Both the position numbers and the translations under genes were made by a program. Source: Desulfotignum sp. (lineage in GTDB: Bacteria > Desulfobacterota > Desulfobacteria > Desulfobacterales > Desulfobacteraceae). Taken from it: a DNA stretch of 52,124 bases. The stretch spans positions 1 through 52,124 of the forward strand of contig JAABTU010000112.1 of assembly GCA_011389715.1 (NCBI GenBank), given 5' to 3'. Positions 9,896 to 19,498 of the stretch are shown here, piece after piece. The notes under the pieces were generated by a model. It saw only the letters and a program-made list of their open reading frames with translations. It was not told the DNA's origin and did not search any database. Position 1 is the stretch's first letter. Each line of letters opens with the position of its first letter.

Positions 9896-10086
9896 GTGCC
9901 GGGCGGTCCCTGTGGGTCTCACCCGTCTTCCCTGTTTGACATGGTGTAGGGCATGGCTGCGCTAAACGGCAAAAACTGCGGGCAGGTATGTCCTCGGACA
10001 GTTTGCCGTTCTTAACGCTTCGCATGCCCAACACCCTGTAACAAACAGGTCAGAATGGGCTTCGACCTACAGGAACCGCCCGACAC
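9896..10086. repeat. ~190-nt rod-like imperfect palindrome
   Basis: Nested pairing segments: GTGCCGGGCGGTCCCTGTGGGTC/GACCTACAGGAACCGCCCGACAC, CCTGTTTG/CAAACAGG, GGTGTAGGGCATG/CATGCCCAACACC, AACGGCAAA/TTTGCCGTT. Confidence 0.85.
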
Positions 10087-10223
10087 TGGCCGCTGAGGCT
10101 GCATGACACTGTATTATGGAGCTGGGCCGAAGATTTTTATACAACGGCAGCTTTGGATGCGATTTTACACACATGGTACTGATCTGGGTAATGGATTGTG
10201 TATTACAAGGACCTTGGCAGGGA

Positions 10224-10393
10224 GCCCCTGGAGGTGTGCTGTGACAGGACCGTCAGAGCCGGAGGGGGCCGGGCCAGATATGCTGGAATATCTAACTTTT
10301 AACCGGAGGGGATGGTGCGCTGTATGGTTGTGCTGATGGGATAAGGCCCACGCAGGATCTCGGGCCGGTCACAGCACACCTCCAGGGGCGGGC
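10224..10393. repeat. Hairpin element A (copy 2, 99-nt loop)
   Basis: 22-bp perfect IR GCCCCTGGAGGTGTGCTGTGAC/GTCACAGCACACCTCCAGGGGC with the same 18- and 17-nt inner motifs and trailing GGGC as copy 1. Confidence 0.85.
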
Positions 10394-10632
10394 TTGGGAC
10401 CAGGACATTTCATGGAACGATTGAAAAACTGATAGACTTATGACAAATATTCAGCACAGATGAAAATGATTGACATTACCGTTAATGCCTGTGAAAATAA
10501 CGTGTTGTAAAACAGGTTATATCACTGGCTGCCTTCTGGACAGGGCGATTTGCTGAATCCATGCCCCATGCCGGATGTGTCGGCCGGTATGATAAAGGAG
10601 AACCATCCTTGAAATTTTATGAAAAAGACCGT

Positions 10633-11649
10633 ATGCAGACCCTGCCTGTGAGGGATGCTGTGGGAAAAATGCTGCTCCATGATATTACCAGGATCGTTCC
10701 GGATCTGTTTAAAGGGCCGGCCTTCAGAAAAGGCCATATCATCACCGAGGCAGATGTGGACCAGCTGCTGGATCTGGGCAAGCAGCATGTATATGTGGCC
10801 TGCCTCAACGGCGAAATCCATGAGAACAATGCTGCGCAGCGCATTGCCCGGGCCGTTGCTGGAAAAAACATCCTGTTTTCCGATCCCAAAGAGGGCAAGG
10901 TGGGTTTTACCGCAAAAACCTTTGGCCTGCTCAAGATAGAGGTGGAAGGCCTGGCACAGCTTAACAGCATACCCGAAGTCATCTGTGCGACCATGCACAC
11001 CAACCAGACCGTGGAACAGGGGCAGGAACTGGCCGGCACCCGGGTGATACCGCTGTCCATTGATGAAACCCATGTCATTGCAGCGGAAAAAGTGTGTAAA
11101 GAATTTTTTCCCATCATTGATATCACACCCTTTGTCCGGGTGGATGTAGGGCTGGTGGTCACCGGATCGGAAGTGTTTTCCGGAAGAATCAGGGACGGTT
11201 TCGGTCCTGTTGTCCAGAAAAAATTTGAAGCCCTGGGCTCCCGGATCATGGACAAAAAGATTGTTTCCGATGACATGGACATGACCGTGGCAGCCATCAA
11301 AGATTTTGTGGACAGCGGGGCAAAGTTTATCGCTGTCACCGGGGGCATGTCTGTGGATCCTGATGACCTGACCCCGGCCGCCATCAGGAAAGCCGGCGGT
11401 GAGGTGGTGTTTTACGGGGCACCGGTTCTGCCCGGCGCCATGTTTCTGCTGGCTTATATTAAAGAGGTACCGGTGATAGGTTTGCCCGGATGTGTCATGT
11501 ATTACCAAGCCTCTATTTTCGATCTGGTGGTACCCCGGCTGCTGGCCGGAGAAACCGTCACCCACAAGGATATCATCCATATGGGGCACGGGGGATTCTG
11601 CACCGCCTGCAAAACCTGCCGGTATCCGCAATGCAGTTTTGGAAAATAA
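10633..11649 (+). CDS. Molybdopterin-binding protein (MoeA-related) with C-terminal Cys cluster
   Basis: HDITRI..FKGPAFRKGH, VTGSEV..GRI.D.FGP, TGGMSVDPDD.TP, PVLPGAM, GLPGC, C-terminal CxxCxxCxxxxC. Confidence 0.85.
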   Translation: MQTLPVRDAVGKMLLHDITRIVPDLFKGPAFRKGHIITEADVDQLLDLGKQHVYVACLNGEIHENNAAQRIARAVAGKNILFSDPKEGKVGFTAKTFGLLKIEVEGLAQLNSIPEVICATMHTNQTVEQGQELAGTRVIPLSIDETHVIAAEKVCKEFFPIIDITPFVRVDVGLVVTGSEVFSGRIRDGFGPVVQKKFEALGSRIMDKKIVSDDMDMTVAAIKDFVDSGAKFIAVTGGMSVDPDDLTPAAIRKAGGEVVFYGAPVLPGAMFLLAYIKEVPVIGLPGCVMYYQASIFDLVVPRLLAGETVTHKDIIHMGHGGFCTACKTCRYPQCSFGK

Positions 11650-11652
11650 AAC

Positions 11653-12696
11653 ATGGAACTTTCAAACCAGCATATACTGGACTGCCTGAAAAAAGGCGAC
11701 CCCTTTGCCCTGGCAGCCATCATCAGCCATAAAGGTTCCACCCCCAGAACATCAGGATCCCGCATGATCGTTCTGCCGGACCGCACCATTTTGGGCACCA
11801 TCGGCGGGGGGTTGGTGGAAGCCCGGGTCATGGACACCTGCCTGGATCTTATTCCCAAAAATACCTGCCGTATCCAGTCCTTCACCCTGAACCAGGAGCT
11901 GAAAGATGGCCTGGACATGGTCTGCGGCGGCAGCCTCACCGTACTCATGGAAACCCTTGTGCCTGGACAGGAACTGATTGCCGTATACCAGGCCCTGGTG
12001 AAACTGGAACAATCAGGCAAAAAAGGGGTGCTGGTTTCGAAAATTTTGGGCACCAGCCAGGGAGATTTCACTGTGCAGAAAAGTCTGGTGGCATTTGATG
12101 CTACGGTGACAGGGCCTTGTGTCATCCCCAAACCCCTGCTGGATGAGATCTGTGACAACCGGTTTTCCGGCAGTTTTCCCATCATCCATTCTGCGGGCCT
12201 GGAAGAATTCATTCTCCAGCCCATGGTTTTGGCTGACACCATCCTCATTTTCGGTGCCGGACATGTGGGGTTCCAGCTGGCACAAATGGCGCATCTGACA
12301 GGCTTTTCCACGGTGGTAATTGATGACCGGGAGGAATTTGCCAACCAGAAGCGCTTTCCCCATGCCCGGTCGGTCCGGGTGGTAACAGATTTTGCCGCAG
12401 CCTTTGACGGCCTGACCATTGATGACCACGCCTATATCGTCATTCTCACCCGGGGCCACCTCCATGACCAAACGGTTCTGGAAGGGGCCTTACGCACCCA
12501 TCCCGCCTATATCGGCATGATCGGCTCCCGGACCAAGCGGGACAAGACCTATGCCAATCTCCAGAAGAAAGGGGTTTCCCGAGATGCTTTGAATGCGGTC
12601 TATTCGCCCGTGGGCCTTTCCATAGGCGCCCAGACCCCGGCGGAAATCAGCGTCAGCATCATGGCCCAGATCATTCAGATAAGGGCCGTGGCATAA
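11653..12696 (+). CDS. xdhC: XdhC-family Mo/W-enzyme maturation factor
   Basis: GSTPR, GTIGGG, CGG, FGAGHVG, DDREEFAN, TRGH, YIGMIGS, PVGL.IGAQTPAEI. Confidence 0.9.
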   Translation: MELSNQHILDCLKKGDPFALAAIISHKGSTPRTSGSRMIVLPDRTILGTIGGGLVEARVMDTCLDLIPKNTCRIQSFTLNQELKDGLDMVCGGSLTVLMETLVPGQELIAVYQALVKLEQSGKKGVLVSKILGTSQGDFTVQKSLVAFDATVTGPCVIPKPLLDEICDNRFSGSFPIIHSAGLEEFILQPMVLADTILIFGAGHVGFQLAQMAHLTGFSTVVIDDREEFANQKRFPHARSVRVVTDFAAAFDGLTIDDHAYIVILTRGHLHDQTVLEGALRTHPAYIGMIGSRTKRDKTYANLQKKGVSRDALNAVYSPVGLSIGAQTPAEISVSIMAQIIQIRAVA

Positions 12697-12836
12697 CCAA
12701 TTTTCCTGCAAGTCGTACAAAAAAGTGGCTTATTATCAAATTTCATGATACAGATATAAGTCTTTTCTAATTTTCAGGAAAATTTAACATATCCTGACAA
12801 GCTTCAATATCAAACAAAGATCACTGGAAAATCAAT

Positions 12837-14888
12837 ATGTATAAAAAAATCAAAAATGCCAAATTTACCACCAAACTGTTTTTTTCCATGATTTTGGTGG
12901 TGGTTGTTTCCATTCTTATCACGTCGGGCAACGCAGTACGCATGTCAAAACAGGGCTTGTATACCTTGGGAGAAGGCGCAATAAAAGATATTCACCAAAG
13001 TCTGTACAATTCTCTGGCTGCAATCGACCAGAACATAAGGAAAAAATTGGACGGTGATCTATTGCTGCTTGAAAGGCAGATCGCCGCCAACGGCAAACTG
13101 TTTCTAGATGATTTCAGAATGACAGAAACAACCCTGGTCCACCAGATTTCCGGAGAAACAAGCACCAGAAAAATACCCAAACTCCAGGCAGGATTGCTCT
13201 ATCTCAACGATGACAACACCATCGTTGACCAAATTATGGAAATAACGGATGCCACTGCCACCATATTTCAGCTGGTCGACGACAAACTGCTGCGCATATC
13301 CACCAATGTACGGAAAACCGATGACGAACGCGCCATAGGCACCTATATCCCCTCCACCAGCCCTGTATACCAGACCATTATGAATGGGCAGGTATTCAGG
13401 GGAAAAGCTTTTGTGGTCAATGACTGGTACCTGACCGCCTACAAACCCCTCAAAAATTCCGAAGGCCAAATCATCGGTGCGGTTTATGTGGGCCAGTTAA
13501 TGCTTTCAGACCAGGTACGCACACTTGTTTCAGAAACAAAAATCGGGCCGGGATACTTTTTTCTTTATACAGATGAAGGCTCTCTGGTGATCCATCCCAC
13601 CTTGTCCCCGTCTGACAATGTTTTTGAAATCGTGCCGGAATTCAAAGGGGCTGACGGTATGATCGCATACCGGTTCAAAGGAGAGGACAAAATCGCCCGG
13701 AAAAAATATATTGATGAATGGGGGGTCACGCTGGCGGTGGGTATGAACAAAAAGGATATCGTTGCCGGGCTTGATGTGCAGATGCTGCGCAACAATCTTC
13801 TGGTCGGGTTACTTGTTATCCTGGCAGGCGTGATAGTCACTGTCTTTTTGGTCCGTTCAATCAACCGACCTCTGAAAGAGCTTGCAGACAAAGCCATCAA
13901 AGTGGGGGAAGGCGATTACACCATCACCTTTTCTTCAGATATTGATGATGCCATCGGAAAGCTCACCCACTCATTGGGAATAATGGTCAACAAGGGCAAA
14001 CAGATGCTGGAAGACATCATCAGATCCTCAGAATCTCTTTCCGCTGCATCAACACAGCTTGCCGCCATATCAGACCAGATGGTCAGCAATGCTGAAACCA
14101 CAACCGGCATCGCCAATGATGCCGCCGGCAATGCCGGTGAGGTATCGGACAACATGGTTTCGGTTTCTGCGGCCATGGAGGAATCGACCGTTAACCTGGA
14201 TACCATTGCATCCGCTTCTGAAGAGATGGGAGCAACCATTAAGGAAATTGCGGAAAACAGTGCCAGGGCACGTCAAACAACCCAAAGCGCTGTGACCATT
14301 GCCAATCGTTCCCATGAAAGCATTATGGAATTAGGAAATGCAGCAAAAGCGATAGGTTCAATCACCGAGACCATTACCAATATTTCTGAACAGACCCACC
14401 TGCTGGCACTGAATGCAACCATTGAAGCAGCCCGGGCAGGAGAAGCCGGCAAAGGATTTGTGGTTGTTGCCAATGAAATCAAGGATCTGGCCCAGGGGAC
14501 TGCCCAGGCGACCAGCAAAATCAAAGAAGCAATCGACGGTATTCAGTCAAAAACCACCATTACCGTAAAAGAGATCAATGAAATAAGTCAGATCATCGGG
14601 GATGTAAATGAAATAGTCAATGGCATCGTGACTGCTGTTGAGGAGCAGTCCATCACCACCAATGAAATTGTCAACAATGTCACCCAGGCTTCCCAGGGTA
14701 TTTCTGAAATTAATAACAAAGTGGCCAACAGCAATCAGATGACTTCAAAAATGAGCCAGGATGTTGGTCAGGTCAAGGAAAGATCTCTGGAGGTCAAAGA
14801 CAGCAGCGAGCATGTCAGAAAATCGGCAGAAGAACTCTCCCAGCTTGCAGAACGTCTTACCCAGCTGGTTAAAAAATATAAAATATGA
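12837..14888 (+). CDS. Methyl-accepting chemotaxis protein (Cache_3-Cache_2 sensor, HAMP)
   Basis: Two TM segments, ATIFQ...LLRISTN...RAIGT...YLTAYKP, signalling hairpin [23 protein letters not shown]. Confidence 0.93.
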   Translation: MYKKIKNAKFTTKLFFSMILVVVVSILITSGNAVRMSKQGLYTLGEGAIKDIHQSLYNSLAAIDQNIRKKLDGDLLLLERQIAANGKLFLDDFRMTETTLVHQISGETSTRKIPKLQAGLLYLNDDNTIVDQIMEITDATATIFQLVDDKLLRISTNVRKTDDERAIGTYIPSTSPVYQTIMNGQVFRGKAFVVNDWYLTAYKPLKNSEGQIIGAVYVGQLMLSDQVRTLVSETKIGPGYFFLYTDEGSLVIHPTLSPSDNVFEIVPEFKGADGMIAYRFKGEDKIARKKYIDEWGVTLAVGMNKKDIVAGLDVQMLRNNLLVGLLVILAGVIVTVFLVRSINRPLKELADKAIKVGEGDYTITFSSDIDDAIGKLTHSLGIMVNKGKQMLEDIIRSSESLSAASTQLAAISDQMVSNAETTTGIANDAAGNAGEVSDNMVSVSAAMEESTVNLDTIASASEEMGATIKEIAENSARARQTTQSAVTIANRSHESIMELGNAAKAIGSITETITNISEQTHLLALNATIEAARAGEAGKGFVVVANEIKDLAQGTAQATSKIKEAIDGIQSKTTITVKEINEISQIIGDVNEIVNGIVTAVEEQSITTNEIVNNVTQASQGISEINNKVANSNQMTSKMSQDVGQVKERSLEVKDSSEHVRKSAEELSQLAERLTQLVKKYKI

Positions 14889-14945
14889 AACACCCGGGCG
14901 CCTGAACGATCAGATGCGATTCCATGAATCTGCCTGATTGTTCAC

Positions 14946-14997
14946 TTGACATGGCCAACATATGTATTTATCATATGAACAATTATTCATATGATAA
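14946..14997 (+). promoter_or_regulatory. Sigma70 promoter overlapped by an ArsR/SmtB-type operator
   Basis: TTGACA(14946)-17 nt-TATCAT(14969); perfect 12-6-12 palindrome TTATCATATGAA-CAATTA-TTCATATGATAA (14968-14997). Confidence 0.8.
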
Positions 14998-15029
14998 CCC
15001 CCTACACATGTACCAGGCAATTTCATGTT

Positions 15030-16133
15030 ATGGAAAAAACAGTAGATATTGTATATGACATTCTGGCCGTATCCTGGGACCTTTACCTGGATGTGGCCAT
15101 CTTTATGCTGTTCGGCTTTTTCATTGCCGGACTGCTGTACGTGTTTTTCAAGGCTGACCAGATCAAGCGCCATCTGGGCACCGGAAAAATCAGGCCGGTG
15201 TTTTTGTCCGCCGTTTTCGGCATTCCCCTGCCCTTGTGTTCCTGCGGGGTGGTGCCGGTGGCGGCCAGCCTGAAAAAACAGGGGGCCAACAGCGGGGCGG
15301 CCCTGTCTTTCATGATCGCCACCCCGGAATCCGGTGTGGATTCCATCGCGATTTCCTGGGCCATGCTGGACCCGGTCATGACCGTTCTCCGCCCGGTGGC
15401 AGGGTTTATCACCGCAGTATCCACAGGAATTGCGCAAAATTTTTTCGGCAGTGAAACCCCTGACAAAACAAAGACAGATCTGATAAAAAAACCCGGCGGG
15501 TGAGGCTGTGCTGCCGAAACCTGTGCAGTTGCACAGGAACCTTTCAAAATACCGCTTTTGCAGCGGCTCAAAAAGGGAGTAACTTACGCTTTCGGGGAAC
15601 TGCTCTCCGACATTGCCCGGCCTTTTGTCATCGGCATGCTCATTGCCGGGGCCATCACCTTTTTTTTCCCGGAAGATCTGACGGCCTGGGCCAATGAACA
15701 CACATTTTTATCCATGCTGGTCATGCTGGGTGCCGGCATTCCCATGTATGTATGTGCCACCTCCTCCACCCCCATTGCGGCCGCCCTCATCCTCAAGGGG
15801 CTCAATCCCGGAGCGGCCCTGGTGTTTCTGCTGGCAGGTCCGGCCACCAATGCCGCCACCATCAATATTGTAAAAAACATTTTCAACACCCGGGCACTGG
15901 AAATCTATCTGTCCATGATTGCTGTCTGCTCTCTGGCCATGGGATTTTTTGTGGACTGGATATATGCATTCATGCACCTTTCACCCACGGTTCTGGTGGG
16001 CCAGGCATCCGAGGTCATTCCCCATGTCCTTCAACTGACAGGCGCAGTGGTTCTGACAATCCTGCTGGGAATCAACGGTATAGTGGCCCTGAGACGGATG
16101 ATCCAGACCCACGATCAGGTCCACGCCCATTAA
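15030..16133 (+). CDS. DUF318/SO_0444-type metal efflux permease, probable selenoprotein (in-frame TGA at 15501-15503 = U158; 367 aa)
   Basis: ORFs 14991-15503 and 15558-16133 share a frame with only one TGA between them; LPLCSCG, ATPESGVDS, PMYVCA, FLLAGPATN motifs; linker reads KKPGG-U-GCAAETC. Confidence 0.8.
15501..15537 (+). promoter_or_regulatory. Putative bacterial SECIS element
   Basis: TGA, 16 nt, then perfect 7-bp stem CCTGTGC/GCACAGG with apical loop AGTT starting 23 nt after the TGA. Confidence 0.7.
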
Positions 16134-16214
16134 AAATTTTTGGATGTGAAACACCCGACAAAAATCTTGGCAGTAACCCGGGATTGACGTAGCCGGTTAA
16201 ATCTGCATACTATG

Positions 16215-16251
16215 GGGCAGCGCTTCTTAATGATGGAGCTGCCCTTTTTTT
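16215..16251 (+). terminator. Rho-independent terminator after the permease
   Basis: GGGCAGC...GCTGCCC stem followed by T7. Confidence 0.65.
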
Positions 16252-16287
16252 ATTGACATATTGCAACCGTATTTTCGGGGAGGATTT

Positions 16288-16977
16288 TTGGAGATTCATA
16301 TGTCGGACATTGAAAAATCCTTTGATGACAACGGCAGCCGCCGGGTTATATTCCGCAGGGCATCGGCCCGGTTTCCCTCCGGCAGAACAAGCGTCATTGT
16401 GGGCAAAAGCGGGGTGGGGAAAAGTTCTCTTTTGAACCTCATCTCCGGTATCGACCTGCCGGACAAAGGATTCATTCAGGTGGGGGACCACTGTATTTCC
16501 ACCATGAACGATACCGCCAGGACCCTGTTCAGAAGGCGACATATCGGGTTTATCTACCAGTTTTTCAACCTGATTCCCGTGCTGACAGTCCTGGAAAATG
16601 TCACCCTGATTGCAGAACTGGACAAGGTGCCGCAAAAAATCTGCCGCCGCCGGGCCGAAGCCCTTCTGGATCAGGCCGGGCTCCGGGACCGGCGCCATGA
16701 TTTTCCCGAGACCCTGTCCGGCGGGGAACAGCAGCGGGTGGCCATTGTCCGGGCACTGGTGAATGAGCCGGATCTGGTGCTGGCTGACGAACCCACAGGC
16801 AACCTGGACCAGGAAACCGGCGCAAAGATCATGGAGATGATATCCGGACTGGCCCGCAAAAAAAACAAAACCCTGGTCATGGTGACCCACAGCCCGGATG
16901 CCGCAGCCTGGGCAGACCAGATCTTTTCCGTGGGCAGCGGGATCCTGACCCCCATGGACCCTGCCACCCATGGGTAA
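16288..16977 (+). CDS. ABC transporter ATP-binding protein (LolD/MacB/AttE-like)
   Basis: GKSGVGKS, LSGGEQQRVA, LADEPTGNLD, VTH; start TTG 16288 (after GGAGG) or ATG 16300. Confidence 0.92.
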   Translation: MEIHMSDIEKSFDDNGSRRVIFRRASARFPSGRTSVIVGKSGVGKSSLLNLISGIDLPDKGFIQVGDHCISTMNDTARTLFRRRHIGFIYQFFNLIPVLTVLENVTLIAELDKVPQKICRRRAEALLDQAGLRDRRHDFPETLSGGEQQRVAIVRALVNEPDLVLADEPTGNLDQETGAKIMEMISGLARKKNKTLVMVTHSPDAAAWADQIFSVGSGILTPMDPATHG

Positions 16978-19498
16978 TTACCCCCTGATTCTGGTCTGCC
17001 TGCGCCACAGCCGCCGGCACCTGGTACGGACCCTGCTTCTGATTTTCGGCATTGCCATGGGGGTGGCCGGGGTGGTGGCCATTGACATTGCAAAAACATC
17101 GGTGGAAAAATCCTTTGAACTGTCCACCCGGGAACTGGTTTCCCGGTCCACCCACCAGATTACGGGCACCGGTCTTAGGATTCCCCAGGATCTGTTTACC
17201 GATATAAGAAAAGATCTGGGCATCCACCGGTCTGCTCCTGTGATATCCCGGCATGTAAAAGTGTCTCAACTTGGAGACCGGATCCTCACCCTCATGGGGG
17301 TGGATCCGTTTTCTGAAACCCATTTCAGGAATCTGCATATTTCGCCGGGAAAACAGGACCTGTCCGGTATCATGACCGGGTCCGACGGTGTGCTCATCTC
17401 CCGGAGCCTTGCACGGCAATACAATCTGGATATCGGCAGCCCCCTGGACATCTTCTTGGGCAGCCGCAGGACACCCGTAACTATTGCCGGATTTCTGGAC
17501 AGTGAAAACAGTTCCGCCGGCCGGATGCTGGAGGGACTTGTAATCACCGATATCTCCCTGGCCCAGGTGATCCTTGAAATGGAGGACCATATCAACCGCA
17601 TCGATCTGATCCTGGATGGGGATGGCCCAGCAGAAAAGATCCAGGACCTTATCGGAGAAGACCTGTTCCTGGTTGAAACCGATCAGCAAAACCTTGCGGT
17701 GCGCGGGCTGTCCCAATCCTTTGAAACCAGTCTGACCGCCTTTTCCATGCTGGCCCTGTTCATGGGCATATTTCTCATCTACAACACCGTGTCTTTTTCA
17801 GTGACCCGGCGGCACAGGCTCCATGGCATTTTGCGGGCCATCGGTGCCACCCGGTCCAATATCTTTTTCACGGTGATGGCCGAGGTCATGGTGTATGCCT
17901 TGATCGGGTCTGTTTTCGGTGTCCTGCTGGGTATACTGCTGGGCAACGGGGCGGTTCAGGCGGTGGTTGCCACCGTATCAGAGATGTATTTCACCCTGAC
18001 CGTCAGCCAGACCCATATTGCCGGATTCACTATTGCCAAGGGACTGCTGGCCGGCATCCTTGCCGCTTTTGTATCCGGTTTTTTCCCGGCCCTTTCCGCT
18101 GCCGGGACCCGGCCTGTCAGCCTCATGCACCGCACTGTGTCTGAAAAGGGATTCAACCGGGTGGTTCCCGGACTGTTCATTTGCGGCCTGCTCATCTTGG
18201 CCGCAGCAGGTCTGCTGATGCGCACCGCCCCCACCCATGCCGGATCTGATTTTACCGGGCTGTTCATGATTTTTTTCGGTGCGGCCCTGATGACCCCGCA
18301 GCTCATCCGCATCTTCGTCAGAATATTGCTGGCTGCAGGCATGGGCGCATTGGGGATGATGGTCAAAATGGCCCTGAGAAACATCACCCGGTCCCTGCGC
18401 CAGACCAGCGTGCTCATGGCATCGCTTATGGTGGTCACCTCGGTCTACATCGGCATTGAGGTAATGACAGGCAGTTTCAGGCTCTCCATCATCCAGTGGG
18501 TGGATGACCATATTGGCGGCGATATCCATGTGTCATCCGCTGATCTGCTTGCCCGGTCCCTGGATCCGGACCTGGTGGACAAAATCCGGCACCTGCCCCA
18601 GGTAACCTCCTTGTCTGCCTACAATATCCACCCGGTATTTTCCCGTGCTTCCGGAAAGGTGCACCTGTTTTCCTACCAGTCGGACCAGTCGGTCAAGCGC
18701 TGGTCCTGGACAGCAGCACCGGAAGAGGAGCTGAATACGCTGCTGGAAGAGGGATGGATCTTTGTATCGGAGATATTTGCCCGGCAGCATAATGTGATGC
18801 CCCGGCAGGGAGCTGCTGCTGTTCTGGAAACCCAAAAAGGACCGGTACCCTTTAAAGTGGCCGGGATTTTCCGCGATTTTTTCATGGGGGGCGGCCGGGT
18901 GGTGGTATCTCCAGATACCATGGCACATTTCTGGGGACATGATGACATCACGGCCCTGCAGCTGTTTCTGGCATCCGGCACCCCGGCAGAACCCGTGATG
19001 GATACCATCCGCCATATGCTTGACCCAAAAGCCATGATAGAGATCAGATCCGGAACCGCTATTAAAAAAAGCATCCTGGCGGTGTTTGACAACACCTTTA
19101 TCATCACCTCCGCGCTCCAGGTGCTGACCGCAATTGTGGCCCTCACCGGTATTTTGAACGCAGTCATGGCTCTGCTGCTGGAACGGACCAGAGAAATCGG
19201 TATCCTGCGGGCCTGCGGCACATTGACCGGCCAGGTCAGACAGCTGCTGCTCCATGAATGTTTTTTCTACGGCCTGATCTCCGGGATCATGGCCATCCCC
19301 CTGGGCACGGCCCTGTCCTGGGTTTTGATCCATATCATCAACCAGCGTGCATTCGGATGGACCTATGACATGGTCCTCGGCCCTGGTGTGTTTTTCCAGG
19401 CCATTGCCCTGTCATCTGCGGCAGCCCTGGCTGCCGGCATATTTCCGGCCCTGGCTGCCGGCAGAACCCACATACCCACCGCCCTGCACATGGAGTGA
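16970..19498 (+). CDS. Double FtsX/MacB-type ABC permease (AttF/G-like)
   Basis: Two repeats of TM-periplasmic-3TM; GILRAIGA and ERTREIGILRACG motifs. Confidence 0.88.
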   Translation: MGNYPLILVCLRHSRRHLVRTLLLIFGIAMGVAGVVAIDIAKTSVEKSFELSTRELVSRSTHQITGTGLRIPQDLFTDIRKDLGIHRSAPVISRHVKVSQLGDRILTLMGVDPFSETHFRNLHISPGKQDLSGIMTGSDGVLISRSLARQYNLDIGSPLDIFLGSRRTPVTIAGFLDSENSSAGRMLEGLVITDISLAQVILEMEDHINRIDLILDGDGPAEKIQDLIGEDLFLVETDQQNLAVRGLSQSFETSLTAFSMLALFMGIFLIYNTVSFSVTRRHRLHGILRAIGATRSNIFFTVMAEVMVYALIGSVFGVLLGILLGNGAVQAVVATVSEMYFTLTVSQTHIAGFTIAKGLLAGILAAFVSGFFPALSAAGTRPVSLMHRTVSEKGFNRVVPGLFICGLLILAAAGLLMRTAPTHAGSDFTGLFMIFFGAALMTPQLIRIFVRILLAAGMGALGMMVKMALRNITRSLRQTSVLMASLMVVTSVYIGIEVMTGSFRLSIIQWVDDHIGGDIHVSSADLLARSLDPDLVDKIRHLPQVTSLSAYNIHPVFSRASGKVHLFSYQSDQSVKRWSWTAAPEEELNTLLEEGWIFVSEIFARQHNVMPRQGAAAVLETQKGPVPFKVAGIFRDFFMGGGRVVVSPDTMAHFWGHDDITALQLFLASGTPAEPVMDTIRHMLDPKAMIEIRSGTAIKKSILAVFDNTFIITSALQVLTAIVALTGILNAVMALLLERTREIGILRACGTLTGQVRQLLLHECFFYGLISGIMAIPLGTALSWVLIHIINQRAFGWTYDMVLGPGVFFQAIALSSAAALAAGIFPALAAGRTHIPTALHME

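Noticed and set aside
9686-10336. Short ORFs of 62-77 aa in the hairpin region
   Set aside because: No RBS or motifs; they run across palindromes and look spurious
9652-10393. CRISPR array or integron attC sites
   Set aside because: Only two copies, no regular spacers, no cas or intI genes, no RYYYAAC/GTTRRRY ends
10440-10632. Possible Moco/Wco riboswitch or ModE site upstream of the molybdopterin-binding gene
   Set aside because: Small hairpins exist but I could not match riboswitch or ModE consensus motifs
10522-12471. Long antisense ORFs (369, 305 and 255 aa) and similar ones elsewhere
   Set aside because: Shadows of well-supported genes in GC-rich DNA, with no motifs
12700-12836. c-di-GMP riboswitch upstream of the MCP
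   Set aside because: AT-rich promoter-like DNA without the expected motifs
14991-16133. Permease as pseudogene or two separate genes
   Set aside because: Single in-frame TGA in a Cys-like context with a SECIS-like stem; the second ORF has no RBS-supported start. Not fully excluded.
16211-16251. GATGGAG motif suggesting a fluoride riboswitch
   Set aside because: Lacks the remaining conserved elements; better explained as a terminator
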